A stretch of DNA of 64,000 bases. Origin: Chloroflexota bacterium. Lineage in GTDB: Bacteria > Chloroflexota > UBA6077 > JACCZL01. The stretch is from assembly GCA_046328125.1 (NCBI GenBank), contig JAXLXF010000004.1, positions 118,280-182,279 of the forward strand, given 5' to 3'. Below are positions 1 through 9,277 of this stretch, piece by piece. How positions within the stretch are numbered: the first letter of the stretch is position 1; each line of letters begins with the position of its first letter. Both the position numbers and the translations under genes were made by a program. The notes beneath the pieces are model-generated. The model was given only the letters and a program-made list of their open reading frames with translations. It ran no database searches and was not told the origin of the DNA.

Positions 1-594
1 CTCCAGGCGGACGCGCTGGGTCTGCTGACGCTCGGTAACCAGCGTGGACAGGCTGCTGGCGGCCGACAGCATCTCGTTCTTGAGGTCTTCTGTCGAGCGG
101 TGCTCGACGGCGACCTTCAAGCGGTCGATCTGGGCCTTGAGCTTGTTGTCCATCCGCTGGTCTTCGATGAGCGCGGTGCCGAGGCTCTGCGCGAACGCCC
201 AGATCCCCTGCCGCAAGTCCCCCAGCGACTTGTTGACGTGCTGCTGCTCGCGCTGGCGCCGCGCGAGGACGAACTGGCGGACGGTCGGCCAGTCACGGGG
301 GCCGTCGTACGGGGCAGGCCGGCCCTCGGCGTCCAGCACGACCTCGGCGGTCGGCGGCGGGGCGAGGATCGCCAGGTGCCTGGCCCACGATTCGCACAAC
401 TGGCTGAACGTGATGGCGTTCTCATGCTCCAGGTCGAACGCATGCTGGCCGAGCGCTCGCAGCACGCCGATGAAGGCGTCCAGCGCGCTCTCCTGGTCGC
501 CGTCGTCGGCGGTCGCAGCGGCAAGGTGCGGGGCGGCGAGCAGGCTCGACGCCGCGAGCGACTCGTCAGTCTGGGTCCGTTTCCACTTAAACAT
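1..594 (-). CDS. hypothetical coiled-coil protein, N-terminal part only (ORF runs off the window edge). It may be the regulatory N-terminus of a GGDEF-type signalling protein
   Basis: The - strand frame is open from ATG (594-592) to base 1 with no stop. It is absent from the ORF track because it is open-ended. The translation MFKWKRTQTDESL...DLKNEMLSAASSLSTLVTERQQTQRVRLE has realistic composition. The competing + ORFs 44-817 and 100-726 look like Arg/Ala/Ser-rich GC artefacts. Confidence 0.5.
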   Translation of the reverse strand, partial: MFKWKRTQTDESLAASSLLAAPHLAAATADDGDQESALDAFIGVLRALGQHAFDLEHENAITFSQLCESWARHLAILAPPPTAEVVLDAEGRPAPYDGPRDWPTVRQFVLARRQREQQHVNKSLGDLRQGIWAFAQSLGTALIEDQRMDNKLKAQIDRLKVAVEHRSTEDLKNEMLSAASSLSTLVTERQQTQRVRLE

Positions 595-792
595 CACGCC
601 TCGTCCAGCGACGCTCCTGGGGCCAGTGCGGTGCGCGGCAGCCGCCGGGATGACGACGATGCATCAGTATGGGCATCGCCATCGCAGCCGCGCGCCGTTC
701 CGCTGGGCCGTCTCTACTGTCGATAACGCCAGCCGAGGGCGAACAGTGTCCTGGTGCGAGAAAATTGGCCCACCTGGGCGCGTCCGCGTGGG

Positions 793-2478
793 TCAGGGCG
801 CGGCCGGCGCGGCGTAGCGCATCGGAACCCAGCCGCTGACGCCGCACGGATCGCGGACCGGGGTCCAGCGCAGGCCGTCCTGCACGACCTCTGGCCCGAG
901 CAGCTCGAGCAGGGTGCCGTCAGACCAGGCGCGGAGGCGGTCGTCCGCGCGGGGGCTCTTGCGAAGGAAGACGCCCAGGCCGTCCGTGCCCGCCACGACC
1001 AGTTTGCCGATGGCTGGCGTGCGCGGCGCAGCAGCCGCGTCTCGGGCGTCACAGGGGACGGGGGCCGCCACGGCCGCCGCCGTCAACGCGCCGTTGGCGG
1101 ATGGCGCGGTCTGGGCGTAGGCGCGCAGGGCCGTGGCGATCGGCTTGGCGGTGCCGTCTGCCCGAAGCATCCCGAAGGCGTTCTCGCGGGCGTTGGCGCC
1201 GTTCGGCACGTCGTTAAGCATCCACTTGATGGCGCCAGCGCCGCCTCGCTCGCGGATGCCGCGCATCAGGTCGAGCTCGAGGGCGGCGCTGGTGGCCTCG
1301 TCGGTGGCGTCGTTCGAGACGCCAAACTCGCCGAGCACCAGCGGACGGCCGGGCACGGCCGCGCGCACGTCGTCCCAGAGGGTGAGCGCCGCCTTGACGC
1401 CGGCCGGGCTGGCGGACGGGTAGCGGTGGTAGGTGCGGTAGTCGAGCCAGGCGTTCACGGGCAGCGTGGCGAGGATCGTGTCAACCTGGGCGACAGTCAC
1501 CAGCCGCGTCGGATCGGCCTTGCGGACGGCGGCGAGGCGAGGCCGGAGCCAGAGCGCCAGGCTGTCGTTGAGGGCATCCAGGAACGGCGCCCAGGCAGCG
1601 GCGTCCGGCGAGCGCTGGTAGCGCACCACGTTGCCGTCCTTGGTGGCCTTGACCCAGGCGCCGGAGTCGTCCAGCAGCTGGAGGTACGCGCGCAGGACGT
1701 TGACGTAGACGTACGCCTGCTCGTCGTCCAGGCGCTGGGGGACGTTCTTCTGGCCGGCTTCGGAGGCACGGTACTCGGGAATCTCCGCGCGGGTGATCCG
1801 CTCGCCGATCCGAGCGACCAGCGTGGCGTCCTGGAGAGGCGGCGCCTGCCCGGACGGATAGACCGAGAGGGCGAGATCGCCGAGATGTGGCTCGTTCTTC
1901 AGATCCAGGGCGACGACGGTGGCGCGACCCTTCAGGTGGGCGGCAATGGCGCCGTCATAGCTGGCGACCCGCGCGAGGTCCCAATCGGTGTAGTCGGCGA
2001 GAGTCAGGATGATGCCGAGGCCGTGCTTGTCGGCAAGGTCGAGCACCTTGTCGAGCTTCTGCCAGCGGCCGGCCTGGACGTCGTCGGCGAGCGGCTTCTG
2101 GACGAAGATGCGCAGGACGCCGAGGCCGGCCGCTTTTGCACGAGCGAAGTCCTGGCCGATGAGCGTGAGGTCGAACTGGTCGTCGGCCCACATCTGCCAG
2201 GCGCGGTCGGCCGGGCCTTCGTAGCTCGCGCCGATCAGGAAGCTGGCCCGGCCGGCCGGATCGAGAAGGGCAGTGCCGCTGACGGTGTAGCCGGTTGGCG
2301 GGGCGGCACTGGCGGCGGCAGCTTCCGCGACGTACGGCAGGCAGGTTGACAGCGCGACGAGGATCGCGATGACGAGGAGCGCAAGTCTGGCAATCACAAT
2401 TGAGGAACGAAATGACAGGTCGGCCGGTCCCGACTTCCCGCCGCCCGAATGGCGGGAGAATCGGCGGCTTGCACGCAA
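793..2478 (-). CDS. membrane-anchored or secreted glycoside hydrolase, GH5-like (clan GH-A), with C-terminal SH3b-like domain
   Basis: 561-aa ORF with the hydrophobic anchor IVIARLALLVIAILVAL. It has the acid/base motif LDLKNEPH and the nucleophile motif LVLGEFGV. The C-terminal GKLVVAGTDGLGVFLRKSP...GWVPMRY is SH3-like. The TTG start at 2478 is preceded by GGAGA. An alternative GTG start lies at 2397. Confidence 0.75.
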   Translation of the reverse strand: MRASRRFSRHSGGGKSGPADLSFRSSIVIARLALLVIAILVALSTCLPYVAEAAAASAAPPTGYTVSGTALLDPAGRASFLIGASYEGPADRAWQMWADDQFDLTLIGQDFARAKAAGLGVLRIFVQKPLADDVQAGRWQKLDKVLDLADKHGLGIILTLADYTDWDLARVASYDGAIAAHLKGRATVVALDLKNEPHLGDLALSVYPSGQAPPLQDATLVARIGERITRAEIPEYRASEAGQKNVPQRLDDEQAYVYVNVLRAYLQLLDDSGAWVKATKDGNVVRYQRSPDAAAWAPFLDALNDSLALWLRPRLAAVRKADPTRLVTVAQVDTILATLPVNAWLDYRTYHRYPSASPAGVKAALTLWDDVRAAVPGRPLVLGEFGVSNDATDEATSAALELDLMRGIRERGGAGAIKWMLNDVPNGANARENAFGMLRADGTAKPIATALRAYAQTAPSANGALTAAAVAAPVPCDARDAAAAPRTPAIGKLVVAGTDGLGVFLRKSPRADDRLRAWSDGTLLELLGPEVVQDGLRWTPVRDPCGVSGWVPMRYAAPAAP

Positions 2479-2511
2479 AAGTCTCCACGGCGTTCGGATG
2501 GATCAGACGAT

Positions 2512-3903
2512 CTAGCGACGCTGGTGCCGCCACCGGTAGTCCTGGGCGGCGACGCCAAGCCAGGGGGCGGCCAGGCCGAGCGGCAGGAAGCCTGAACCCG
2601 CCAACATAATGCCGACCCCGCCAGTGAGGACGAGGATCGCCCAGAGCCAGAACAGTCCCCCACCAGCGCTCCGATGGAGCAGCACGACCGTCGCCAGAGC
2701 CCCAAGGAGCACCCCGAGCGGCGCTCCGTAGAAGAGCATCTCCCCGGAGAGGATGCCGCCCTGAAGCGCGGCCAACGCCAGGATGACGACTGCCGACGCC
2801 ACGACGCTGAGAACCCAGAACAGGGCGGCCACCAGGAACGAATGCACGACGATCCGCCGGAACCCGTCACTCGGACTAGGCGGGAAGGCGGCGCTGGGCG
2901 AGCTCGGCGTGGACGATGGCGGCGGAGCTGGCGACCGTGGCTGAGGCTCGGGCTGGAACGGCAGCGGAGTCGGGGCCGGCCGAGCGACCGGCGGCGGCGT
3001 TGACGCGACGGGCATCGGCCGCGGCCAGGGCGCAGGCTCGGGAACTGGAGGCGTCACAACGGTCGGCGGCGTGGGCGGCGGGACGTACATGGTGGACCTG
3101 AGCGCCGCGACGAATGCCGTGCAGGTGGGGAACCGGTCGGCGGACGACTTCGCCAGCACCTTGAACAGGACCGCCTCGACGGGGATCGAGAGCAACGGAT
3201 TGAGCGAGCGCGGTGGCGGCAGTGGGCGGTCCACGTGGGCGCGCAACAGGGCGAGCGGCGTCTCGGCGACGTAGGGCGGGCGGCCGGTCAGCATCTCGTA
3301 CGCGACGATTCCGAGACTGTACAGGTCGCTCGACGGACCGGCTGGCGAGCCGTCGGCCTGCTCCGGCGACATGTACATCGGCGTGCCGACGACGACACCG
3401 GCCAGGCTGAGCGTCGCCGAGCCTTCGACCATCCGCGCGATCCCGAAGTCGCTCAGCACGAGCCGTCCGCGCTCGTTCATCAGGACGTTGGACGGCTTGA
3501 CGTCACGGTGGACGATCCCCTCCGCGTGGGCGTAGTCCAGGGCGGACGCGAGCGACTCCAGGATCGGCAGCGCCTCGGCGACGGGCCAGGGGCCACGCCC
3601 CAGCCGTGCCGCGAGCGTCCCGCCGCCGAGAAACGGGCTGACCATGTAGGTCCAGCCGGCCTGCTCGCCGAAATCGAAGATGGTCAGGATGTTCGGGTGG
3701 TCGAGCCGTGAGATCGCCCGAGCCTCGCGGCGGAAGCGCTCCAGATAGGTGGAGTCGGTGGCGTACTGGGGCGAGAGGAACTTGATCGCGACGTACCGGT
3801 CCAGTCGGGTGTCGTAGGCGCGCCAGACCTGGGCCATGCCGCCAGCGCCGGCCGGCGCGGACAGGCGGTACGGCCCAAGTGCTGCGCCAGGGATCAGGTC
3901 CAT
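2512..3903 (-). CDS. Hanks-type serine/threonine protein kinase with Pro-rich linker and C-terminal transmembrane segments
   Basis: Motifs present: VAIKFL (ATP Lys), HRDVKPSNVLM (catalytic loop), SDFGIARM (DFG), GTPMYMSPEQ (APE). A PPxP-rich linker follows, then 3-4 hydrophobic helices. GAGAGGG lies upstream of the ATG at 3903. Confidence 0.9.
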   Translation of the reverse strand: MDLIPGAALGPYRLSAPAGAGGMAQVWRAYDTRLDRYVAIKFLSPQYATDSTYLERFRREARAISRLDHPNILTIFDFGEQAGWTYMVSPFLGGGTLAARLGRGPWPVAEALPILESLASALDYAHAEGIVHRDVKPSNVLMNERGRLVLSDFGIARMVEGSATLSLAGVVVGTPMYMSPEQADGSPAGPSSDLYSLGIVAYEMLTGRPPYVAETPLALLRAHVDRPLPPPRSLNPLLSIPVEAVLFKVLAKSSADRFPTCTAFVAALRSTMYVPPPTPPTVVTPPVPEPAPWPRPMPVASTPPPVARPAPTPLPFQPEPQPRSPAPPPSSTPSSPSAAFPPSPSDGFRRIVVHSFLVAALFWVLSVVASAVVILALAALQGGILSGEMLFYGAPLGVLLGALATVVLLHRSAGGGLFWLWAILVLTGGVGIMLAGSGFLPLGLAAPWLGVAAQDYRWRHQRR

Positions 3904-4076
3904 CCGGGCACCCTCTCACCAGATCGGACGACGGTCGCGGGTCGAGTATAGGCCAGCGGCGGCATTCCTCATACCGTTCTCACGCCGTCCTCATCTCGTC
4001 CCGTGGAAGCCGTCGTATCGTGGAGTCAGAGCCGGCGCGGCATACAAAGATCGGCGCCAGGACGAAGCAGCGGACC

Positions 4077-4172
4077 GTGTACATCCAGATCGTCAACTTC
4101 CACCTGAAGGACATGGCCGAGGCGGCCTATGCCGAGCTGCGCGGCGCTGACGCTCACCGCGCGCTTGCATGA
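4077..4172 (+). pseudogene. possible 5' remnant of a small YdhR/ABM-like (dimeric alpha-beta barrel) protein gene
   Basis: GTG at 4077 opens VYIQIVNFHLKDMAEAAYAELRGADAHRALA*. The first ~22 aa look like the N-terminal beta-alpha unit of YdhR-type proteins, then a stop follows after 31 codons. It sits in an otherwise empty 370-nt intergenic gap. Confidence 0.3.
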
Positions 4173-4276
4173 CCGTCGGCCTGCCTCGGGCCAGGACGCC
4201 GCTCGGGACCGGCTCGCCTGGGCTACAATCGGCCTCGAAGGCTGACGTTGCGTCGGCCACTTCGGAGGTCAGTGTT

Positions 4277-5245
4277 GTGCCAGAGCGTGTGAAGATCGTG
4301 GTTCCCGGGGACAACCCTCACCAGATCCAGGGCTCCCCACGGCTCGCCGCCCTGGAGCCGTACGGCGACGTGACGGTGTACACGGACCGTCCGAGCAGCC
4401 CGGAGCAGCAGGTCGAGCGCGCGCAGGGCGCCACGATCCTCCTCAACTCGCGCGGCGCGGTGCGCTGGCCCGGCGACGTGCTGCGCCAGTTGCCGACGTT
4501 GAAGTTCATCACCGTCTTCGGGATCGGCACGGACTCCATCGACCTGGTGACGGCGAAGGAGCTGGGGATCACCGTCTCGAACATCCCGGGCAAGACGGCG
4601 CCGGTGGTGGCCGAGCACGCCTTCGGGCTGATGCTGGCGGCGGCGAAGCGGGTGGTGTTTCAGACCGGCGAGCTGCGAGACGGCCGCTGGGGCACCCGCA
4701 TCGACAACATCTACCTGAACGGTAAGACGCTGGGCGTGATCGGGGCCGGGCCGATCGGGGCGCGGATGATCCAGCTCGGCAAGGCGATCGGCATGAACGT
4801 CATCGCCTGGACGTTCAACCCGACCCCGGAGCGGGCCGCTCGTCTCGGCGCGGAGTTTGTGAGCCTGGACGAGCTGATCCAGCGCTCGGACGTGGTGAGC
4901 CTGCACCTGCCGCTGACCGACAAGAGCCGGGGGATGATCGGGGCGCGCGAGCTGGGGATGATGAAGCCGAACGCCCTGCTGGTCAACACCGGGCGTGGCC
5001 CGCTGGTGGACGAGGCGGCGCTGGTGGCGGCGCTGGAGGCCGGCCAGATCGCCGGCGCCGGTCTGGACGTCTTCGCGCAGGAGCCGCTGCCATCGGACAG
5101 CGCGATCCTGAGATGCAAGCAGGTGGTCTTGACGCCCCACAACGCAGACTCGACCCCGGAGGGTCTAGACTTCTTGAACGAGGGCGCGGTCGAGAACGCG
5201 ATCGCGTTCCTGGAGGGCCGGCCGCAGAACGTGGTGAACCGGTAA
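4277..5245 (+). CDS. D-isomer-specific 2-hydroxyacid dehydrogenase (phosphoglycerate/glyoxylate reductase-like)
   Basis: Motifs present: GIGTDSIDL, the NAD fold GVIGAGPIGARM, NTGRGPLVDE and LTPHNADST. GTG at 4277 lies 8 nt after GGAGG (4264-4268). The longer track ORF from 4169 adds a non-homologous leader. Confidence 0.85.
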   Translation: MPERVKIVVPGDNPHQIQGSPRLAALEPYGDVTVYTDRPSSPEQQVERAQGATILLNSRGAVRWPGDVLRQLPTLKFITVFGIGTDSIDLVTAKELGITVSNIPGKTAPVVAEHAFGLMLAAAKRVVFQTGELRDGRWGTRIDNIYLNGKTLGVIGAGPIGARMIQLGKAIGMNVIAWTFNPTPERAARLGAEFVSLDELIQRSDVVSLHLPLTDKSRGMIGARELGMMKPNALLVNTGRGPLVDEAALVAALEAGQIAGAGLDVFAQEPLPSDSAILRCKQVVLTPHNADSTPEGLDFLNEGAVENAIAFLEGRPQNVVNR

Positions 5246-5316
5246 GAAACGGGGGCAGAGCCATCGACGAGGAGCGCGAGCGGGCAGCGGAGTGCGCGGC
5301 CAACGCGTATGACGGG

Positions 5317-6429
5317 ATGCAACGCCAGCTGTACCTGGACGGTGCTCGCCTGTACCGCGAGTCTGTGCCCGGAACGCCGGGCGGCAACCCGTTCGCCTTC
5401 CTCTGGCCGTTCGAGGAGGCGGCGAAGGCGACCCTCTGCATGCGCGGCCTGCCGGAGATCGGGCAGCGCTACGCCGCCGACCTCGAAGACGTGGTGGACC
5501 GCCAGGCGTACTGGCAGCCGCTCCGGCGCACCGCCATCGTCAAGAAGCCGGCCTACGCCTCATACCCGCCGCTGCCGCTCGGGAAGGGCGGCGACGCCTA
5601 CTTCGACGACAACACCTGGGTGGCGCTCGACTTGATCATGGCGCACCGGATGCGGGTGGCCGGCCTGATGGGTGGTCGAGAGGCGGTGCTAGAACGGGCG
5701 CGAGCAGTGTACGAGCTGGTCGCCGGCGGCTGGTGCCGCGACCCGAGGCCGTACCCCGGCGGCGTCTACTGGGTGGACGCGACCTGGAACCGAGATCGCG
5801 GGGCGGCGGTGACGGCCGGGCTGGCGGTGCTGGCGCTCCACCTGCACGAGCTGACGACCGCCGAGACGGTGCCCTCCTCCGAGCAGGAGCGGGAGGATGT
5901 CCGAGCGGAGTACTTGAGCACGGCGCAGCGGGCGTACGACTGGCTACGGCGAACGCTCTGGATCGCGGACGGCTCGGAGGCGGGGCTGTACCACGACAAG
6001 GTGCTGGGCAACGGCAGTATCGACGCGAGCCAGTGGGTCTACAACGCGGGCGTGCCGGTGGCGGCGGGGGTGATGCTGTATCGCGTCACCGGCGAGCAGC
6101 AGTACCTGGACGAGGCGCAGCAGACGGCCGAGGCGGCGCTGGACTGGTACGGCTCGCGGCGGTTCGCGGGGCAGCCGGCGATCTTCGTGGCGATCTTCTT
6201 CCGCAACCTGCTGACGCTGGCGGCCGTGACGGGCGAGACGGCATACCGCGAGGCGATGCTGGAATTTGCCGACCGCGCCTGGGACAACCCGATGCTCCAC
6301 GACATCCGGACCGATCTGGTCCGGTTCGACGGGCCGTCCTCGGCCTGCACGCTGCTGGACCAGTCGGCGATGGTGCAGATGTACGCGCTGGCCGGCTGGC
6401 CGGAGGAGCAGTACCGCCTGCTCGCGTAG
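5317..6429 (+). CDS. glycoside hydrolase family 76-like (alpha-1,6-mannanase-like) protein
   Basis: The motifs YFDDNTWVALDL, GGVYWVD..WNRDRGA, VYNAGVPVAAGVMLYRVTGEQQYLDEA are typical of the GH76 (alpha/alpha)6 barrel. The first usable start after the upstream gene's stop is ATG 5317, so the start is uncertain. Confidence 0.7.
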   Translation: MQRQLYLDGARLYRESVPGTPGGNPFAFLWPFEEAAKATLCMRGLPEIGQRYAADLEDVVDRQAYWQPLRRTAIVKKPAYASYPPLPLGKGGDAYFDDNTWVALDLIMAHRMRVAGLMGGREAVLERARAVYELVAGGWCRDPRPYPGGVYWVDATWNRDRGAAVTAGLAVLALHLHELTTAETVPSSEQEREDVRAEYLSTAQRAYDWLRRTLWIADGSEAGLYHDKVLGNGSIDASQWVYNAGVPVAAGVMLYRVTGEQQYLDEAQQTAEAALDWYGSRRFAGQPAIFVAIFFRNLLTLAAVTGETAYREAMLEFADRAWDNPMLHDIRTDLVRFDGPSSACTLLDQSAMVQMYALAGWPEEQYRLLA

Positions 6430-6473
6430 TCGGTAGAATTTCCGCAAACAACGTTGACGATTCGGGAGCGAGC

Positions 6474-6965
6474 ATGCCTGCTGACAGTAGCTTTGACGTG
6501 GTATCGCAGATCGACCGGCAGGAGATGGTGAACGCGGTCGACCAGGTGACGCGCGAGGTCTCGACACGGTTCGACCTGAAGAACACCGGCAGCTCGGTGA
6601 CGCTGGAGAAAGAGGCCGTGGTGCTGGCCTGCGACACCGAGTTCACGCTGAAGGCGGTCCGCGACATCCTGATCGAGCGGGCGGCGAAGCGCGGGTTCTC
6701 GAACAAGGTGTTCGACTTCGGGAAGGTCGAGCCGGCCACGAAGGGCACGGTGCGGCAGACATGCAAGCTCCGGCAGGGGATCGACCAGGAGCTGGGGAAG
6801 TCGATCACGAAGCTGATCCGCGACAAGTTCCCGAAGCTGAAATCGCAGATCCAGGGCGACGCGGTGCGGGTGTCGGGCTCGTCGAAGGACATGCTCCAGG
6901 GCGCAATGAAGCTGCTCAAGGATCAGGACTACGTGGTGCCGCTCCAGTTCAACAACTACCGGTAG
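6474..6965 (+). CDS. yajQ: YajQ-family nucleotide (c-di-GMP)-binding protein (UPF0234)
   Basis: The 163-aa product MPADSSFDVVSQIDRQEMVNAVDQ...VPLQFNNYR matches the YajQ family end to end. GGGAG lies 6 nt upstream of the ATG. Confidence 0.9.
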   Translation: MPADSSFDVVSQIDRQEMVNAVDQVTREVSTRFDLKNTGSSVTLEKEAVVLACDTEFTLKAVRDILIERAAKRGFSNKVFDFGKVEPATKGTVRQTCKLRQGIDQELGKSITKLIRDKFPKLKSQIQGDAVRVSGSSKDMLQGAMKLLKDQDYVVPLQFNNYR

Positions 6966-7703
6966 CAAAAGCACCTTCGTCGGCGAAGGCACACTCGACG
7001 ACAGCGCGTGCCGCGAGTGGCCCGCGGTCGCCGACAGTATGTATATCGATCCGACGAACGAGCGCCCTCACCACGGTGGCCCGGGTTATGTCGTCGAGGC
7101 CGGCGTCCAGTGGGCTGCGTAGTTCGGCGAGAAGCATCTGGTCGCCTCGATCTGCTGGCTGGCGGCCTCCATCACGCCCTGCTGGCCACTCAGCCGATCC
7201 AGTTCTGATCGCGCGACGCCATACCAGCGACCCTGTCGAGCGCCTCGAGCACGTCCGCGCGTCGTGTTATCCAAGATAGTCTCGCGGTCGAGCTCGGCGA
7301 ACGCTCCAAGCATCTGGAAGATGAAGCGGCCGATCGGCTGAGAAGTATCGATGTGCTCGGTGGCGCTCTTGATGACCACGTTCTCGGCATCCAACGCATC
7401 GTAGGCGTCCAGGACGACCGCGAGCCGCCGACTGAGGCGCCATACACGGTGACAGATGACCGACCGGAAGCGACCCGCTGCTGCGTCTGCCACCAGTCGG
7501 GCGCACTCGGGTCGCTGAGTGAGAGCAACGGTGCCGCTCACACCATCGTCGAGGTATTCGCCAACAGTATCCAGGCCGTGAAGCTCACAGTAGCGGCGCA
7601 GGAGCTCGACTTGTGGCTGGATGGTTTCGGCCGCGGCTTGATCCTCGGTCGAGACCCGAGCGTAGATAGCTACTTGGCCTGTCGAGAGGGGTGACGTGGT
7701 CAC
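6949..7703 (-). pseudogene. large serine recombinase, internally deleted and frameshifted
   Basis: GTG at 7703 (GGAG upstream) opens an intact resolvase catalytic domain: VAIYARVSTEDQ...GVSG...RLSRR...IFQMLGAFAELDRETI..RGRARGARQGRWYG. The sequence then degenerates and stops at 7086. A different frame (ORF 6949-7137) encodes ...TVVRALVRRIDIHTVGDRGPLAARAVVECAF, which looks like the extreme C-terminus of large serine recombinases. About 0.8-0.9 kb of the normal gene is missing. Confidence 0.65.
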
Positions 7704-8061
7704 AATGTTCGCTCCGAATGTAGGTCTCTGGCGGTCGTTCGTTGGTCGGCCGGCAACGGCTTGACTGCGCCGCCAACCGTATCGTTGGCACGATAGGGTG
7801 ACAGCACGGCGGACAGACTGGCCCCAGTTCCAGCAACGCACCCCTCCCTACAATCTCCAGTCCGTTCGAGACTAGGGAGACGTGGGATGCCTCGGATCTT
7901 CTGACCAACTTTCTGATTGAGAATTGAGATGGACGACCGCCTCGGCATTTGCCGATCGATCTCGTTATCTACAGTCAGCCACCCTGACGAAGACATGATG
8001 CGAGGGTGGCTGGCTGTGGAGGCAATCGTGGAGAATCGCGGCAGGGACGCTATCGAGGGGC

Positions 8062-8508
8062 TGCTGGGACTCGCGGGTCGCCCCGGAGCTGGTGTTCGAC
8101 GCGGGGCTCGGCGATCTCTTCACGGTGCGGGTGGCTGGCAACGTCGCGGATGCCGCGGCAGTCGCCAGCATCGAGTACGCGGTCGAGCACCTGGGCGCGA
8201 CGCTGGTGATGGTGCTGGGCCACGAGCGCTGCGGCGCGGTGGCCGCGACGGTGGACACCGTCAAGAGCGGCGGTACGCCTGAGGGGCACCTCGCCGCGCT
8301 GATCGACCCGATCCGGCCGGCTGTCGCCCAGGCGAACGCTCAGGGCGGAGACGTAGTGGACCTGGCGGTGGTGGCGAACGTGAGCAACATGGTGGCGCTG
8401 CTGAAGTCCAGTGAGCCCCTGCTCGGCGAGATGGTGCACCACGAGAAGATCAAGGTCGTGGGTGGCCGCTACGACCTGGACACCGGGGAGGTGACGATCG
8501 TCGCCTGA
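8062..8508 (+). pseudogene. beta-class carbonic anhydrase, 5'-truncated
   Basis: Core motifs CWDSRVAPELVFDAGLGDLFTVRVAGN and VLGHERCGAV are present. However, there is an in-frame TGA at 7996-7998, and the first in-frame start (GTG 8092) lies after the Cys-x-Asp-Ser-Arg zinc-ligand motif. The 40-60 aa that normally precede the motif are absent. Confidence 0.55.
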
Positions 8509-8521
8509 CGTCCTGGTTGGG

Positions 8522-9277
8522 GTGATGGCATACACTCCTGGCATGGAGTCGCTCATCGACAGGATCGCGCCGACGCTCAGGCCAGTGGCGCCGGTAGTCG
8601 GGCATCAGCGCTGGCGCGATCTGCTCTTCCTGCACTGGCCGGTCCCGGTTTCGGTGCTACGCCCGCTGATCCCCCAGCAGCTCTCGATCGACACGTATGA
8701 GGGAGTCGCGTACGTCGGGCTGGTGCCGTTCTGGATGACCGGCGTCCGGCCCACCTGGGCGCCGGAGCGCGTGGCGTTCCGGTTCCTGGAGACGAACGTC
8801 CGGACCTACACCCACCGAGAGGGCCACGATCCCGGCGTCTACTTCTTCTCGTTGGAGGCCGCCTCGCGGATCGCCGTCGAGGTGGCGCGGGCGCAGTTCG
8901 GACTGCCGTACTACTGGGCGCTGATGCGGATGCGGCGCGACGGCCAGCGGATCGAGTACCGCAGCCGGCGGATCGGCGGCTGGCGCCCGCGCACGCGCGT
9001 CGTCTTCGAGCCGGGCGAGTACCTCGGGCCGTCGGCGCCCGGGTCGCTGGAGCACTTTCTCATCGAGCGGTACTACCTGCACGTCGAGCGGGGCGGGAGG
9101 ATCTGGCAGGGCCAGGTGCACCACGGAGCATATCCCGTTCAGCGAGCCACGCTCCTGGGCCTGCGCGACGAGCTGCTGACGGCGGCGGGCCTCCCGCGGC
9201 CGGAGGGGCCGCCACCGCTGGTGCACTACGTCCGGGGTGTGGACGTCGAGATCTTCGGGCCAAAGCCGGTCATCTAG
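8522..9277 (+). CDS. DUF2071 (YqjF-like) domain protein
   Basis: The 251-aa product contains HQRWRDLLFLHWPV, AYVGLVPFWM, ETNVRTY and ERYYLH, which are characteristic of DUF2071. Confidence 0.75.
   Translation: MMAYTPGMESLIDRIAPTLRPVAPVVGHQRWRDLLFLHWPVPVSVLRPLIPQQLSIDTYEGVAYVGLVPFWMTGVRPTWAPERVAFRFLETNVRTYTHREGHDPGVYFFSLEAASRIAVEVARAQFGLPYYWALMRMRRDGQRIEYRSRRIGGWRPRTRVVFEPGEYLGPSAPGSLEHFLIERYYLHVERGGRIWQGQVHHGAYPVQRATLLGLRDELLTAAGLPRPEGPPPLVHYVRGVDVEIFGPKPVI

Noticed and set aside
754-2349. 531-aa + strand ORF, plus several shorter ones, overlapping the GH5-like gene
   Set aside because: It is antisense to a gene with clear family motifs. The translation is Arg/Gly/Ala-rich with no motifs, which is the typical long antisense open frame of very GC-rich DNA.
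5113-5316. ATG 5113 as the start of the GH76-like gene
   Set aside because: It would overlap the dehydrogenase gene by 133 nt and add a Gly/Arg-rich non-homologous leader. ATG 5317 is the first start after the upstream stop, although the true start remains uncertain.
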